From Candidatus Obscuribacteraceae bacterium (GTDB lineage: Bacteria; Cyanobacteriota; Vampirovibrionia; Obscuribacterales; Obscuribacteraceae), in assembly GCA_044226015.1 (NCBI GenBank), contig JBGAHS010000007.1:96001-160000 (forward strand): 64,000 nucleotides of DNA. Direction: 5' to 3'. Shown piece by piece: positions 55,134-64,000 of the stretch. The notes under the pieces are model-generated. The model searched no databases. It was given only the letters and a program-made list of their open reading frames with translations, and was not told where the DNA came from. Positions within the stretch are counted from its first letter, which is position 1; every line of letters starts with the position of its first letter. The position numbers and the translations under genes are program-made.

Positions 55134-56699
55134 TCATGACTGAACCTTCTCAAGCCTTGCCTCAAGAGCCTTTCGAACTTCAACTTTGTCGTCGAACGAG
55201 AGGACCTTGTCCATCACGAGCTGATAATTCTCATGACCCTTCCCGGCGACAAGGATTATGTCGTCGGCTTTTGCTTGACTTACAGCGAGCTTAATCGCGA
55301 TTGCTCTGTCAGGTTCTACCTGAATGTTTTTCATGCGCTTAATTCCGCTGAGTATGTGAGCAATAATCTCCTGAGGGTCTTCTGTTCGTGGATTATCGGA
55401 CGTGACAACCACACTGTCAGCAAGCATTTCGGCGATTTCACCCATCTGGGGTCTTTTTGATGGATCTCTGTCTCCGCCACAGCCGAAAACGCAAATCAAT
55501 TTTCCGCTGGACTTCTTCAGCGCTGCTGCCGTTTTCAAAACGTTGACGAGTCCATCAGGTGTATGCGCATAATCAACGATGCAGAGTGGCTCAGAATCAG
55601 CGCCAGTGGATACTGACTCAAATCTTCCTGGCACGCCATCAAACTCGCGCAGAGCTGACTGAATCGTGCTTGCGGGCACACCTTCTTCCAAGCAAATTGT
55701 TACTGCTGCCATTGCATTGTAAACGTTGAACTGTCCTACAAGCCGCATGGAAAGCTCGATTACACCATGCGGGGTTATTAGTTTGATCTGACTTCTGCCT
55801 TGAGAATACGAGCATTCGAGTGGGTGAACATCAGCCTTCTGACCGAATCCATAGGTCAGCACTTTTACTGATGGTGCACATGCTTTTATAAATTCGTTGC
55901 TTAGTGCGTCATCTAAGTTGATGACCGCAAGTTTTTTCGTTTGCGAACTTTCGTTCAATGACTCGAACAATATTCGCTTTGCCTTCCAATAATTTTCCAT
56001 AGTTTTGTGGAAATCGAGATGGTCTTGGGTGATGTTCGTAAGGCAGGCAACTGCAAAATCACAACCAGCAACTCTTTTCAGTGCCAAGGAGTGGCTCGAA
56101 ATTTCCATCGTGACGTGTGAGCAATTATGGTCGACCAGATTGCGAAGCATAGCTTGTAATTCGGGAGCCTGGGGCGTGGTGTGTTTCGCATCACCATATG
56201 CGGTGTCTCCAGGTCCACGAGAGCCAAGTGTGCCAATCAGCCCAACTCGATTTCCGTGTGCTTTGAGAATATGTTCTATTAGATGTGTAGTGGTAGTTTT
56301 TCCATTGGTGCCAGTGATACCAATCATGCGAATCATTTTGCAAGGCGTTTCGAAAAAGGCGCTTGAGAAGTCAGCCAGAGCCTGTCGAACATCTGGCACC
56401 AAAATCAGGGGAACTGAAACCTCTCCGTGTTTTTGTTCCGTCACGATGCAGCTGGCACCAGATTTGATGGCATCGACTATGTATTGATTGCCGTCAGTCT
56501 TCTCACCTGGTATGCAAAAAAACGCAGCACCGGGCTCTACTTTTCGCGAGTCATAAATCAGCTTTGTAATTTTGAAGTCTTCCTTCAACTCACCAAGAAT
56601 TTTGCCAGCAAGTTTCTCAACGAGTCTTTTCGTTTCCTGTGAACTCAGCATATTCATGTCGCTTTTCCTGCTCTGATTTATTGGTTTTGCTTGAGACAT
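55134..56699 (-). CDS. murE: UDP-N-acetylmuramoyl-L-alanyl-D-glutamate--meso-DAP ligase
   Basis: GITGTNGKTTT, HTTP, DHLDFH, VDYAHTPDG, DNPR (DAP specificity), AGKGHE. Exact start uncertain. Confidence 0.97.
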   Translation of the reverse strand: MSQAKPINQSRKSDMNMLSSQETKRLVEKLAGKILGELKEDFKITKLIYDSRKVEPGAAFFCIPGEKTDGNQYIVDAIKSGASCIVTEQKHGEVSVPLILVPDVRQALADFSSAFFETPCKMIRMIGITGTNGKTTTTHLIEHILKAHGNRVGLIGTLGSRGPGDTAYGDAKHTTPQAPELQAMLRNLVDHNCSHVTMEISSHSLALKRVAGCDFAVACLTNITQDHLDFHKTMENYWKAKRILFESLNESSQTKKLAVINLDDALSNEFIKACAPSVKVLTYGFGQKADVHPLECSYSQGRSQIKLITPHGVIELSMRLVGQFNVYNAMAAVTICLEEGVPASTIQSALREFDGVPGRFESVSTGADSEPLCIVDYAHTPDGLVNVLKTAAALKKSSGKLICVFGCGGDRDPSKRPQMGEIAEMLADSVVVTSDNPRTEDPQEIIAHILSGIKRMKNIQVEPDRAIAIKLAVSQAKADDIILVAGKGHENYQLVMDKVLSFDDKVEVRKALEARLEKVQS

Positions 56700-56813
56700 G
56701 TCGACCCGCAAGCCGCTTTGAACGATATCAGCACGCCAGAATGGGACTGGATATACGCGTTAATCCAGTCCCATCAAAATGGTGTCTTGTTTTGTTTGGA
56801 AATACCAAACGAG

Positions 56814-57074
56814 TTATTTAGTTGGAGCTGGAAGCACGTTTACAAGCTTCAAGCCGCGTGACGCTGTGAAAGTCACAACACCTTCAGCTACTGCGTACAA
56901 GGTGTCATCTCTTCCGATGCGCACGTTTTCACCAGGATGGAATTTGCTTCCACGCTGTCTGATGATGATATTTCCGGGGATGACATACTCACCACCGTAG
57001 GCTTTTACTCCAAGACGCTTAGCGTTGCTATCGCGTCCGTTTCTTGTTGAGCCGCCGCCCTTTTTATGTGCCAT
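56814..57074 (-). CDS. rpmA: 50S ribosomal protein L27
   Basis: [24 protein letters not shown]. Confidence 0.98.
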   Translation of the reverse strand: MAHKKGGGSTRNGRDSNAKRLGVKAYGGEYVIPGNIIIRQRGSKFHPGENVRIGRDDTLYAVAEGVVTFTASRGLKLVNVLPAPTK

Positions 57075-57140
57075 GACTGAGTTCTCTCCGCTTAATTCCA
57101 ATTGCTGAGCATTGCTGCTCTAAACTGGGACTATTACTGT

Positions 57141-57500
57141 CTATTTGTTTTTAGCTTTTTCGTCTGTAGCTTCTGCAAGAACTTTGCCCTTGAGTTCGAT
57201 CTTGCTGATGAACACACGAGTATGGTGCTGTCTGTGTCCAGTGCGCTTTCTCGTACCTTTCTTAGGGCGGTACTTGTATACAACTAGCTTTTTGTCTCTG
57301 GTGTGGTTGATTACACGACCAGTGATTTTGGCATCTGCCACGAATGGCGTGCCGAGCACTGAATTTGCTCCATCAACAATCATCAGAACTTTGTCAAACA
57401 CGAACTCTTGGTCAGACTCAGCTGCGACCATGTCGATTTCTACAAATCGTCCGGTTCTCAACTCTACTTGTCTGCCACCTGCTTCTACAACCGCGTACAT
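57141..57500 (-). CDS. rplU: 50S ribosomal protein L21
   Basis: MYAVVEAGGRQ...KYRPKKGTRKRTGHRQ. Confidence 0.97.
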   Translation of the reverse strand: MYAVVEAGGRQVELRTGRFVEIDMVAAESDQEFVFDKVLMIVDGANSVLGTPFVADAKITGRVINHTRDKKLVVYKYRPKKGTRKRTGHRQHHTRVFISKIELKGKVLAEATDEKAKNK

Positions 57501-57527
57501 TTTTCTTCTCCGGCTTTGAAACCAAAA

Positions 57528-57635
57528 TTGCCTCTGTTTCCCGACTCTACTTAGTGGAGAGCCAAATATGGACGACAAGACTCGCCCGTACTGAGGCAAA
57601 ATGAAATAGTATCAAAAACCGGGCAAGCTGGTCAA
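57528..57635 (-). promoter_or_regulatory. rplU promoter and structured 5' leader
   Basis: TTGACC (57635-57630), 16 nt, GATACT (57613-57608); then a TTGCCTC/GAGGCAA closing helix with two inner hairpins. Confidence 0.55.
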
Positions 57636-57750
57636 ACTAGCAGCGCATAAATGGCGAATATACGATAAGCTGATTTACAAATCTCCGCGAAAGAGAGATT
57701 TGTGTTTTCTCATTTGAGGCGTAGCTGCCTCTTAATCAGGAGCTCTTGAA

Positions 57751-57939
57751 ATGGCAGAACCCACTAATGAAGGGGAACTTGGAAGAAGTAAGAATTCCAC
57801 GACGCCAAAAGATCATCTTTACCATCTGCTCAATATAGGATGGAAACCTAATAGTCCTCTTATTCAAAAGTTCGTAATTGAACACAATCTGCAGAGAGAT
57901 TTGGAAAGCTGGACTAAAGAGCAAAAACTCTATCAATAG
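57751..57939 (+). CDS. Small hypothetical protein (62 aa)
   Basis: AGGAG RBS; isolated ORF in the intergenic gap; amphipathic composition. Confidence 0.6.
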   Translation: MAEPTNEGELGRSKNSTTPKDHLYHLLNIGWKPNSPLIQKFVIEHNLQRDLESWTKEQKLYQ

Positions 57940-58062
57940 TAGATGCTTCAATTGCGTTGCTAAATCTGATCGTTCCATTAACAAAAGAAAGAATCTTTCT
58001 GAAACCCGGCTAAGATAACCGAGTTCAAGTTTGTTTCTCATCACTTGGAGTGTACGTATAAA

Positions 58063-58602
58063 ATGTTGCAAGTTGGAAAAAAAGCTCCTGATTTTGATAT
58101 GCCTTCAACGAAGGACATGAAGGGATTGAAAGAAAATGTTCGCCTTTCAGATTACAAAGGTAAGTTCCTGGTTCTTTTCTTCTATCCACTCGACTTCACC
58201 TTCGTTTGCCCAACAGAAATCAAGGCATTCAATGATAAGGTCGAAGAATTCAAGAAAGCCGGTGCTGAAGTTCTCGCCGTGTCTACAGACAGCGTTTACA
58301 GCCACCGCGCATGGATCAACGCCAGCGAAGATAAGGGTGGACTTGGTTCACTCAACTTCCCATTGGCTTCCGACATCACCAAAGATGTCAGCCGCGACTA
58401 CGGCGTTCTCATCGAAGACAAGGGTATCGCTCTCCGCGGTCTCTTCATAATCGACCAAGAAGGCATCCTGCAATACCAGGTTGTCCACGCTCTCAACATC
58501 GGACGCAGCGTTGAAGAAACCATCCGCGTTCTCGAAGCATTGAAGCAAGGTGGACTTTGCCAGGCAAACTGGAAGCCAGGCCAAAAGCCACTTCAAGTTT
58601 AA
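58063..58602 (+). CDS. 2-Cys peroxiredoxin (AhpA/YkuU-like)
   Basis: FFYPLDFTFVCPTE, RGLFIID, GGLCQANWKPGQK. Confidence 0.95.
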   Translation: MLQVGKKAPDFDMPSTKDMKGLKENVRLSDYKGKFLVLFFYPLDFTFVCPTEIKAFNDKVEEFKKAGAEVLAVSTDSVYSHRAWINASEDKGGLGSLNFPLASDITKDVSRDYGVLIEDKGIALRGLFIIDQEGILQYQVVHALNIGRSVEETIRVLEALKQGGLCQANWKPGQKPLQV

Positions 58603-58624
58603 TTGCTTGATTCTATAAGTCTTA

Positions 58625-58660
58625 AGGCGAGCGGCTTAGCAGTCGCTCGCCTACTTATTT
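58625..58660 (+). terminator. Probable intrinsic terminator
   Basis: AGGCGAGCGGCT-TAGC-AGTCGCTCGCCT followed by ACTTATTT. Confidence 0.65.
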
Positions 58661-58907
58661 ATGGGACTTTTCGCGTCGCACTTTCGGTTATTTGCAGCTC
58701 GAGCTAAGCATGATTTCGACGCAGGTGAACTAAGTTCAGCACTTGCTAGTAGTTCCCATTTTGTGACTACCCTGCTGCATTCGTTTCTTGATGCGCGAAG
58801 AAAAGAGAATAAAAAGCAATCAGAAGCCATCGCGGGCTTTATTTTTAGTAGAATTTCAATTTAGTGAATGAACGGACTCACGCAGAGTTGAAACGCAAGG
58901 AGGTTTC

Positions 58908-59378
58908 ATGCCACTTCGAATGGATACGGACATGCCTTCGCTGGAAGGTGGGACAGATTGGTTCAATTCCGAGCCGATTACAAGAGAGTCTCTAATGGGA
59001 AGCCCTGTTCTCATCCACTTTTGGTCTGTCAGTTGTGGAACGTGCAAAGAGTCCTTGCCAGACATTGAAAGATGGATCCAGACCTATGGACCTAAGGGAC
59101 TGAAGGTTGTTGCAGTTCATATGCCACGTCAGGAAAGCGACACTGATGTGAAACTGGTCAAGGAAAACATCGATGAGTATGAAATCAAACAACCGTGTGT
59201 AGTCGATAACTGGCACACGATTACCGATGCTTTCGAAAACAAGTTCGTACCTGCGTATTACGTGTTTGATTCAGCGCTCAAGATGCGCCATTTTTCAGCT
59301 GGTGAAAAGGCTGTGAAGATGGTCGAACCCGCGCTCGAAAGACTATTGAATCAGCAAGAAGCAACTCCCACAGCCTAA
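58908..59378 (+). CDS. Thiol-disulfide oxidoreductase (AhpT/YkuV-like redoxin)
   Basis: LIHFWSVSCGTCKE, VVAVHMPR, TDAFENKFVPAYYVFD; AGGAGG RBS. Confidence 0.9.
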   Translation: MPLRMDTDMPSLEGGTDWFNSEPITRESLMGSPVLIHFWSVSCGTCKESLPDIERWIQTYGPKGLKVVAVHMPRQESDTDVKLVKENIDEYEIKQPCVVDNWHTITDAFENKFVPAYYVFDSALKMRHFSAGEKAVKMVEPALERLLNQQEATPTA

Positions 59379-59390
59379 ATTCAGGTAACT

Positions 59391-60710
59391 ATGAGCACAT
59401 CAACTTTGTCGGAATCTAATACAACATCTGAACAGACAAAATCTGAAAGACTCTTTGAGAGAGCAAAGCGAGTCATTCCTGGTGGAGTCAATTCACCTGC
59501 GCGCTCTTGCAAGTCTGTAAATTCGAACCCACTCTTCATTGAGAAAGGCGATGGCGCCTACATCTATGATGTAGATGGAAAAGATTACATCGACTATGTT
59601 GGCTCATGGGGGGCGATGATTCTCGGGCATAAGCACCCGCGAGTGATGGAAGCGCTTGAAGAAGCCATTCAGAACAGCAGTAGCTTCGGTGCTCCGACAG
59701 CTTATGAAGTAGAGTTCGCGGAACTCGTCACTAAGCTGATGCCAAATGTGGAAATGGTGCGCATGGTCAATTCAGGCACTGAAGCCTGTATGAGTGTTGC
59801 ACGACTTGCTCGTGCTTTCACTGGCAGATCTTTGATCGTGAAGTTTGATGGTTGCTACCACGGACATGCAGATTCATTTCTGATCAAAGCAGGTTCGGGA
59901 GTTGCGACCCTTGGAATTTCTGGTTCTCCAGGTGTGCCAGATGAGTTTGCAAAGCTAACCCTGTCACTGCCTTACAATGACCTGGCTGTTGTTGAAAAAG
60001 CATTTAAAGAACACAAAGACCAGATTGCGGCTGTGTTCATTGAGCCAGTTGTTGGCAATGCTGGTTTGATAGTTCCGACAGAAGGTTATCTCGCTGGTCT
60101 ACGCGAACTATGCACCACCCATGGTGTATTGCTCGTTTTTGATGAAGTTATGACAGGCTTCAGAGTGGCTCTCGGTGGCGCTCAGCAACGCTTTAATATC
60201 AAGCCCGATTTGACCTGCCTTGGTAAAGTCATAGGTGGCGGACTTCCCGTCGGAGCTTATGGCGGACGCAAGGACATCATGGAGAGAGTTGCTCCGTCTG
60301 GTGATGTTTATCAGGCCGGAACACTCTCAGGAAATCCTCTTGCAGTTAGAGCTGGTATGGCTCAGCTCAAAGTATTGAAAGCTCCTGGTGCATACTCGCT
60401 ATTGGAAGAACGCACGAAGCGTCTTGCTGATGGCATTGAGCAAAGTGCTAAGGACGCGAAGGTAGCCGTGCAGGTGGCTCATGTGCCAGGCATGTTGACT
60501 GTATTTTTTACCGACAAACCGGTAACTGATTTTGAGTCTGCGAAGAAGTCGGACACTGAGAAATTTGCGCGATTCTGGCAAGAATTGGTCAAGCGTGGTG
60601 TCTATTGGCCGCCAAGCCAATTCGAGGCTGCTTTTGTCTCCTTTGAGCATAGAACAGCCGAAATCGATAAGACTGTGGCAGCTGTCAAAGAAGTTTTTGA
60701 ATTGCTCTAA
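59391..60710 (+). CDS. hemL: Glutamate-1-semialdehyde 2,1-aminomutase
   Basis: PGGVNSP, NSGTEA, GCYHGHAD, FDEVMTGFR, GKVIGGG, YQAGTLSGNP, PSQFE. Confidence 0.97.
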   Translation: MSTSTLSESNTTSEQTKSERLFERAKRVIPGGVNSPARSCKSVNSNPLFIEKGDGAYIYDVDGKDYIDYVGSWGAMILGHKHPRVMEALEEAIQNSSSFGAPTAYEVEFAELVTKLMPNVEMVRMVNSGTEACMSVARLARAFTGRSLIVKFDGCYHGHADSFLIKAGSGVATLGISGSPGVPDEFAKLTLSLPYNDLAVVEKAFKEHKDQIAAVFIEPVVGNAGLIVPTEGYLAGLRELCTTHGVLLVFDEVMTGFRVALGGAQQRFNIKPDLTCLGKVIGGGLPVGAYGGRKDIMERVAPSGDVYQAGTLSGNPLAVRAGMAQLKVLKAPGAYSLLEERTKRLADGIEQSAKDAKVAVQVAHVPGMLTVFFTDKPVTDFESAKKSDTEKFARFWQELVKRGVYWPPSQFEAAFVSFEHRTAEIDKTVAAVKEVFELL

Positions 60711-60751
60711 GAGCTTCTAAGGCTCGAGTCCAATCTCTTCCATAGCGATCT

Positions 60752-60805
60752 TGGTTGCGCCGCCATCCTGGCGGCTTCGGATCTGGGAGCGCGTCATCCT
60801 GGCGG
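60752..60805. repeat. REP-like palindrome doublet
   Basis: GCCGCCATCCTGGCGGC (60759-60775), then TCTGGGAGC-GCGTCATCCTGGCGGC. Confidence 0.75.
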
Positions 60806-60885
60806 CTTCGGAGCTTTCTCAAAAGCGGGATCCGTTTTCTGCTTTGAACTTTGTTCCTTGACTGCCACTATATGCGGTATCTGCG

Positions 60886-61584
60886 TCAGGTCCGCGTTGG
60901 GCTGCTATGTTGATGCAAAAGTGCTCTAGCAACTGTTATAGCTATTATCCGTTTTGCCCCAGCTCGATAGAGTGTAGAAGCCGCTTCTGCTAGCGTGGCT
61001 CCGCTTGTGTGAATATCATCAACCAGAATAATATCGCTTCCTTCTGGCAGTTTTGCTTTGAAGGCGCCCTCTAGATTGAGTCGGCGTTCTTCTCTGGAAA
61101 GATCATGTTGGGCATGGGTTTGCTTCACACGGCTCAAATACTCTGTCTTGATGCTGAGTCTGTTGAGTCGAGCGAGATTTCGTGCCAACAATTCCGCCTG
61201 GTTAAATCCGCGCTTGAAATTGCGCCAAAATGAAAGGGGGATGGGCACCATATGCAGTGTCGGTTTGCCCTGCGCATTTGCGGGTTCTAATTGAAGTGAG
61301 AGATACGCCTTATTCAGCAGTAATGCCAGATCTTCAGCAATCAATCTGTCCTTGTCATATTTCAGGCGGTAGACTAATTTTTTTACCGACTCCTCATACC
61401 TGACTCCGTGAGCGACAATAATTTCGCCAAAGCCATCGGTGATACATAGATCAGATTGAACCTCTTGCGCAAACAATGGTTCCCAGCACTCGTGGCAGAG
61501 GCTGACAGCATCGCATTGTCTCTGCTCTATGGGAATCTGGCAGAGTCTGCAGGTTTCAATGCTCAAATAGTCCAGAAGTCTCAC
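60886..61584 (-). CDS. comF: ComF family competence protein
   Basis: CRLC..CHEC, VPIPL, RGFNQAE, LVDDIHTSGAT. Confidence 0.93.
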   Translation of the reverse strand: MRLLDYLSIETCRLCQIPIEQRQCDAVSLCHECWEPLFAQEVQSDLCITDGFGEIIVAHGVRYEESVKKLVYRLKYDKDRLIAEDLALLLNKAYLSLQLEPANAQGKPTLHMVPIPLSFWRNFKRGFNQAELLARNLARLNRLSIKTEYLSRVKQTHAQHDLSREERRLNLEGAFKAKLPEGSDIILVDDIHTSGATLAEAASTLYRAGAKRIIAITVARALLHQHSSPTRT

Positions 61585-61697
61585 TCTTCACCATCGTGCA
61601 GAAGCATACTTCTAAGACGTAATTTTGATGTCAAAGGTTCAATGCAGAATGCTTGTCAATCATCGATTTAATTTCAAACTTATCATAGACTTTATGC

Positions 61698-62981
61698 ATG
61701 AAAAATATTGACCCTTCCAAACTGGTAGCCGCAGCAGAGGCTGATCTCAGCTCGTGTTTCAAGGACATCGATGAGATAGCTTTGATGAACCAAAAAAAGG
61801 TGCTGGACTCATTCCGGCGCCACAAAATCAGTCCGGAATTTTTTGCCGAACGCACTGGTTACGGAATGGATGACTATTCCCGTGACGTTCTTGATGAAGC
61901 ATTCGCTGATATCTACGGCGCAGAAACTGCGGCTGTTCGAATGCAAATGGTTTCAGGTACACATGCTCTAGCCTGCCTGCTCTTCGGAAATCTCAAATCT
62001 GGAGACCGCCTCACTATTCTGACAGGGCATCCATATGACACTATGGAGAAAGTGATTGGAATTGCCGGCAACGAGAGTGGCTCGCTTAAAGACCTGGGTG
62101 TGAGTTACACCGAAGCTGATTTGATTCCATTCCTTAATGACGATAACGACGATAACGACGAAAACAAACTCGTCAGCGAGCTTAAAACTCTGCTCAGCGC
62201 TGACACCAAAATCGCTTACATACAAAAGTCTCGCGGTTATTCGATTTCTCGACCGACCTTGCTAAACAGCGAAATTGCGAAGCTTTGCAAAGCCATAAAG
62301 CAGGTAAAGCGTGATGCCATCATCATGGTCGATAACTGCTACGGTGAATTGGTCGAGTCTGAAGAGCCGCTTTCTGTTGGTGCAGATATGATAGCGGGTT
62401 CATTTATAAAGAACCCTGGGGGCGGGCTCGCTATATGCGGCGGATATTTTGCCGGCAAAAAATCTTGCGTTGATGCCGCACTAAATAGGCTGACTGCGCC
62501 TGGCATCGGTGGTCATCTGGGATTAAGTTACAACCAAAATCGCCTTCTATTTCAGGGTATTTTTCTCGCGCCACAGGCAGTGGCTAATGCATTGAAAGGC
62601 GCTAATCTGTTCGCTCATGTGTTTTCTTCGCTGGGATTTGAAGTGAATCCTGAGCCTGGTCTGAAAAGAGGTGACATCATTCAGGCTATTAAGTTTAGTA
62701 ACCGAGATAAATTGCTAAATTTCATGAACTCACTTCAGAGCTTCTCTCCTGTTGATGCCCATGTAAAACCAGAGCCAGCGGACATGCCGGGATATGAAGA
62801 TCAGGTCATCATGGCTGGCGGCACATTCATAGAGGGATCTACCATCGAGCTTTCTGGTGACGGCCCGTTACGCCCGCCATTCGTGGCTTACGTGCAGGGT
62901 GGCTTAACGTATATGCACGTAAAAATTGCACTTTTAGGTCTTCTAGAACAGGCTTCTAGTGGTGAAAACACGTTCTTTTAG
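61698..62981 (+). CDS. Methionine gamma-lyase family protein (aluminium-resistance/YnbB type)
   Basis: TGYG.DD, VSGTHA, IQKSRGY, VDNCYGE, GSFIKNPGGG, MAGGTF.EG..IELS. Confidence 0.93.
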   Translation: MKNIDPSKLVAAAEADLSSCFKDIDEIALMNQKKVLDSFRRHKISPEFFAERTGYGMDDYSRDVLDEAFADIYGAETAAVRMQMVSGTHALACLLFGNLKSGDRLTILTGHPYDTMEKVIGIAGNESGSLKDLGVSYTEADLIPFLNDDNDDNDENKLVSELKTLLSADTKIAYIQKSRGYSISRPTLLNSEIAKLCKAIKQVKRDAIIMVDNCYGELVESEEPLSVGADMIAGSFIKNPGGGLAICGGYFAGKKSCVDAALNRLTAPGIGGHLGLSYNQNRLLFQGIFLAPQAVANALKGANLFAHVFSSLGFEVNPEPGLKRGDIIQAIKFSNRDKLLNFMNSLQSFSPVDAHVKPEPADMPGYEDQVIMAGGTFIEGSTIELSGDGPLRPPFVAYVQGGLTYMHVKIALLGLLEQASSGENTFF

Positions 62982-63010
62982 GCTAAAGAATTGCTTATCG
63001 ATAGTAGAAT

Positions 63011-63180
63011 GCGCGATCTTTTCTCTAGAATTAGATCGCGAATATCAGCGGGCGTGCCGAAGTGTCGAAGCGGGGGCAGCTGTAGCGGCTTAAAGGCCAT
63101 CAACAGTTAGCAAGCTGCAGGGGCGGATATTACCGCTCAATTCACGCAAGTGGGTGGACAAGGCTCCGGATGAGCTTTCA
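63011..63180 (+). other. Candidate structured RNA leader upstream of prs
   Basis: GC-rich non-coding stretch with several nested helices (see findings). Confidence 0.35.
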
Positions 63181-63201
63181 AAATCTATGAGGTAACTGAA
63201 A

Positions 63202-64000
63202 TTGGTAGCGCAAATGCCCCTGAAGCAAAGAATATCGACCGGCGGAAGAACTCCACTGCTCAAAGTGTTCTCCGGAACGGCAAACCCTGAGTTAGCGAAA
63301 GAAGTCGCTGATTATCTTGGAACAGACATTGGTCAGCTAAAAATCACTCCGTTCTCTGATGGAGAAATTTACGTACAGATTCAAGAGAGCGTTCGTGGTG
63401 TTGATTGTTTCCTCATACAATCTACTTGCGCTCCAGTAAACGAAAATTTGATGGAACTTCTGATTCTCCTCGATGCTTTCAAGAGAGCGTCAGCTGGAAG
63501 AATCACTGTCGTAATGCCGTACTTCGGATACGCCAGGCAAGACCGTAAGGCAGCTGGACGTGAAGCTATCACAGCAAAACTGGTGGCAGACTTGCTCACC
63601 ACCGCTGGTGCCAATAGAATCGTCGCTATCGATTTACATGCTCCGCAAATCATGGGCTTCTTCAACATTTTGGTTGATCACTTGTACGCAAGCCCCGTTC
63701 TTCTGGAGTACGTGCGCAGCTTGCCACATAAAGATGTAGTTTTCGTCAGCCCCGACGTTGGTGGTGTGGCTAGAGCGCGTGCTTTCGCTAAGAAGTTCAA
63801 TGATGCGCCGATTGCAATCATCGACAAACGCCGCAGCCAACATAATGTCGCTGAAGTTATGTCAGTAGTAGGTGACGTAAAAGGCAAAGTCGCGATCATG
63901 GTTGACGACCTCGTCGACACTGCTGGCACTCTAGTGAAGGGTGCAGAGTTGCTCAAGAAGGAAGGCGCCAAAGCTATTTATGCTTGTGCTTCACACGCTG
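63202..64000 (+). CDS. prs: Ribose-phosphate pyrophosphokinase (3' truncated by window edge)
   Basis: Absent from the ORF track because it has no stop: LKVFSGTANPELA, FSDGE, PYFGYARQDRK, DLHA, VSPDVGG, VDDLVDTAGT. TTG at 63202 after GAGG; ATG 63214 is an alternative start. Confidence 0.96.
   Translation, partial: MVAQMPLKQRISTGGRTPLLKVFSGTANPELAKEVADYLGTDIGQLKITPFSDGEIYVQIQESVRGVDCFLIQSTCAPVNENLMELLILLDAFKRASAGRITVVMPYFGYARQDRKAAGREAITAKLVADLLTTAGANRIVAIDLHAPQIMGFFNILVDHLYASPVLLEYVRSLPHKDVVFVSPDVGGVARARAFAKKFNDAPIAIIDKRRSQHNVAEVMSVVGDVKGKVAIMVDDLVDTAGTLVKGAELLKKEGAKAIYACASHA

Noticed and set aside
57075..57101. 9-aa N-terminal extension on L27 (Prp-cleaved type)
   Set aside because: It lacks the Firmicutes LQFF-type motif, contains the GGAGA RBS for ATG 57074, and no prp/ysxB gene lies between rplU and rpmA.
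58661..58864. 67-aa ORF between the peroxiredoxin and the redoxin
   Set aside because: No RBS, starts immediately after a terminator-like hairpin and has no recognisable motif.
62136..62165. 9-bp repeat encoding NDDNDDNDEN in the YnbB-like gene
   Set aside because: In-frame low-complexity loop expansion; the unit length cannot cause phase variation.
63048..63100. tRNA-Tyr-like sequence (GCGGGCGTGCCGAAGTG...GGGGGCAGCTGTA)
   Set aside because: Only the 5' half loosely resembles a tRNA; there is no anticodon stem, GTTCRA T-loop or acceptor stem.

Overview
A 64-kb gene-dense bacterial chromosome segment. Cyanobacteria-like ndhD/ndhF and acyltransferase genes, many large orphan secreted proteins and no photosynthesis genes suggest a non-photosynthetic cyanobacterial relative (Vampirovibrionia/Melainabacteria, Obscuribacterales-like); this is inference only. 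Housekeeping genes: uvrC, radA, lgt, pgeF, murE, rplU-rpmA, hemL, comF and a partial prs. Accessory genes: a Phd/YefM-RelE toxin-antitoxin pair, a class D beta-lactamase-like enzyme, an S46 dipeptidyl-peptidase, a Cys-rich copper-storage-like protein and an AhpA/AhpT-like peroxiredoxin pair. I found no rRNA, tRNA, CRISPR array, integrase, transposase or reverse transcriptase. Most notable: (1) an 11.4-kb block of three giant orphan proteins (a papain/calpain-like protease with TPR-like tail, a protein ending in a LysM/tail-X-like domain, and a beta-helix adhesin with a FecR-like C-terminus), with no export machinery nearby; (2) a symmetric insertion carrying diverged copies of the 3' ends of both convergent genes at the lgt/GT87 junction; (3) apparent pseudoenzymes (secreted TPR-CHAT, GlpD-like, CAP); (4) divergent ndhD/ndhF with a His-rich membrane protein downstream; (5) candidate structured leaders upstream of rplU and prs, REP-like doublets and several intergenic tandem arrays. 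All calls come from reading motifs by eye; no database searches were run.
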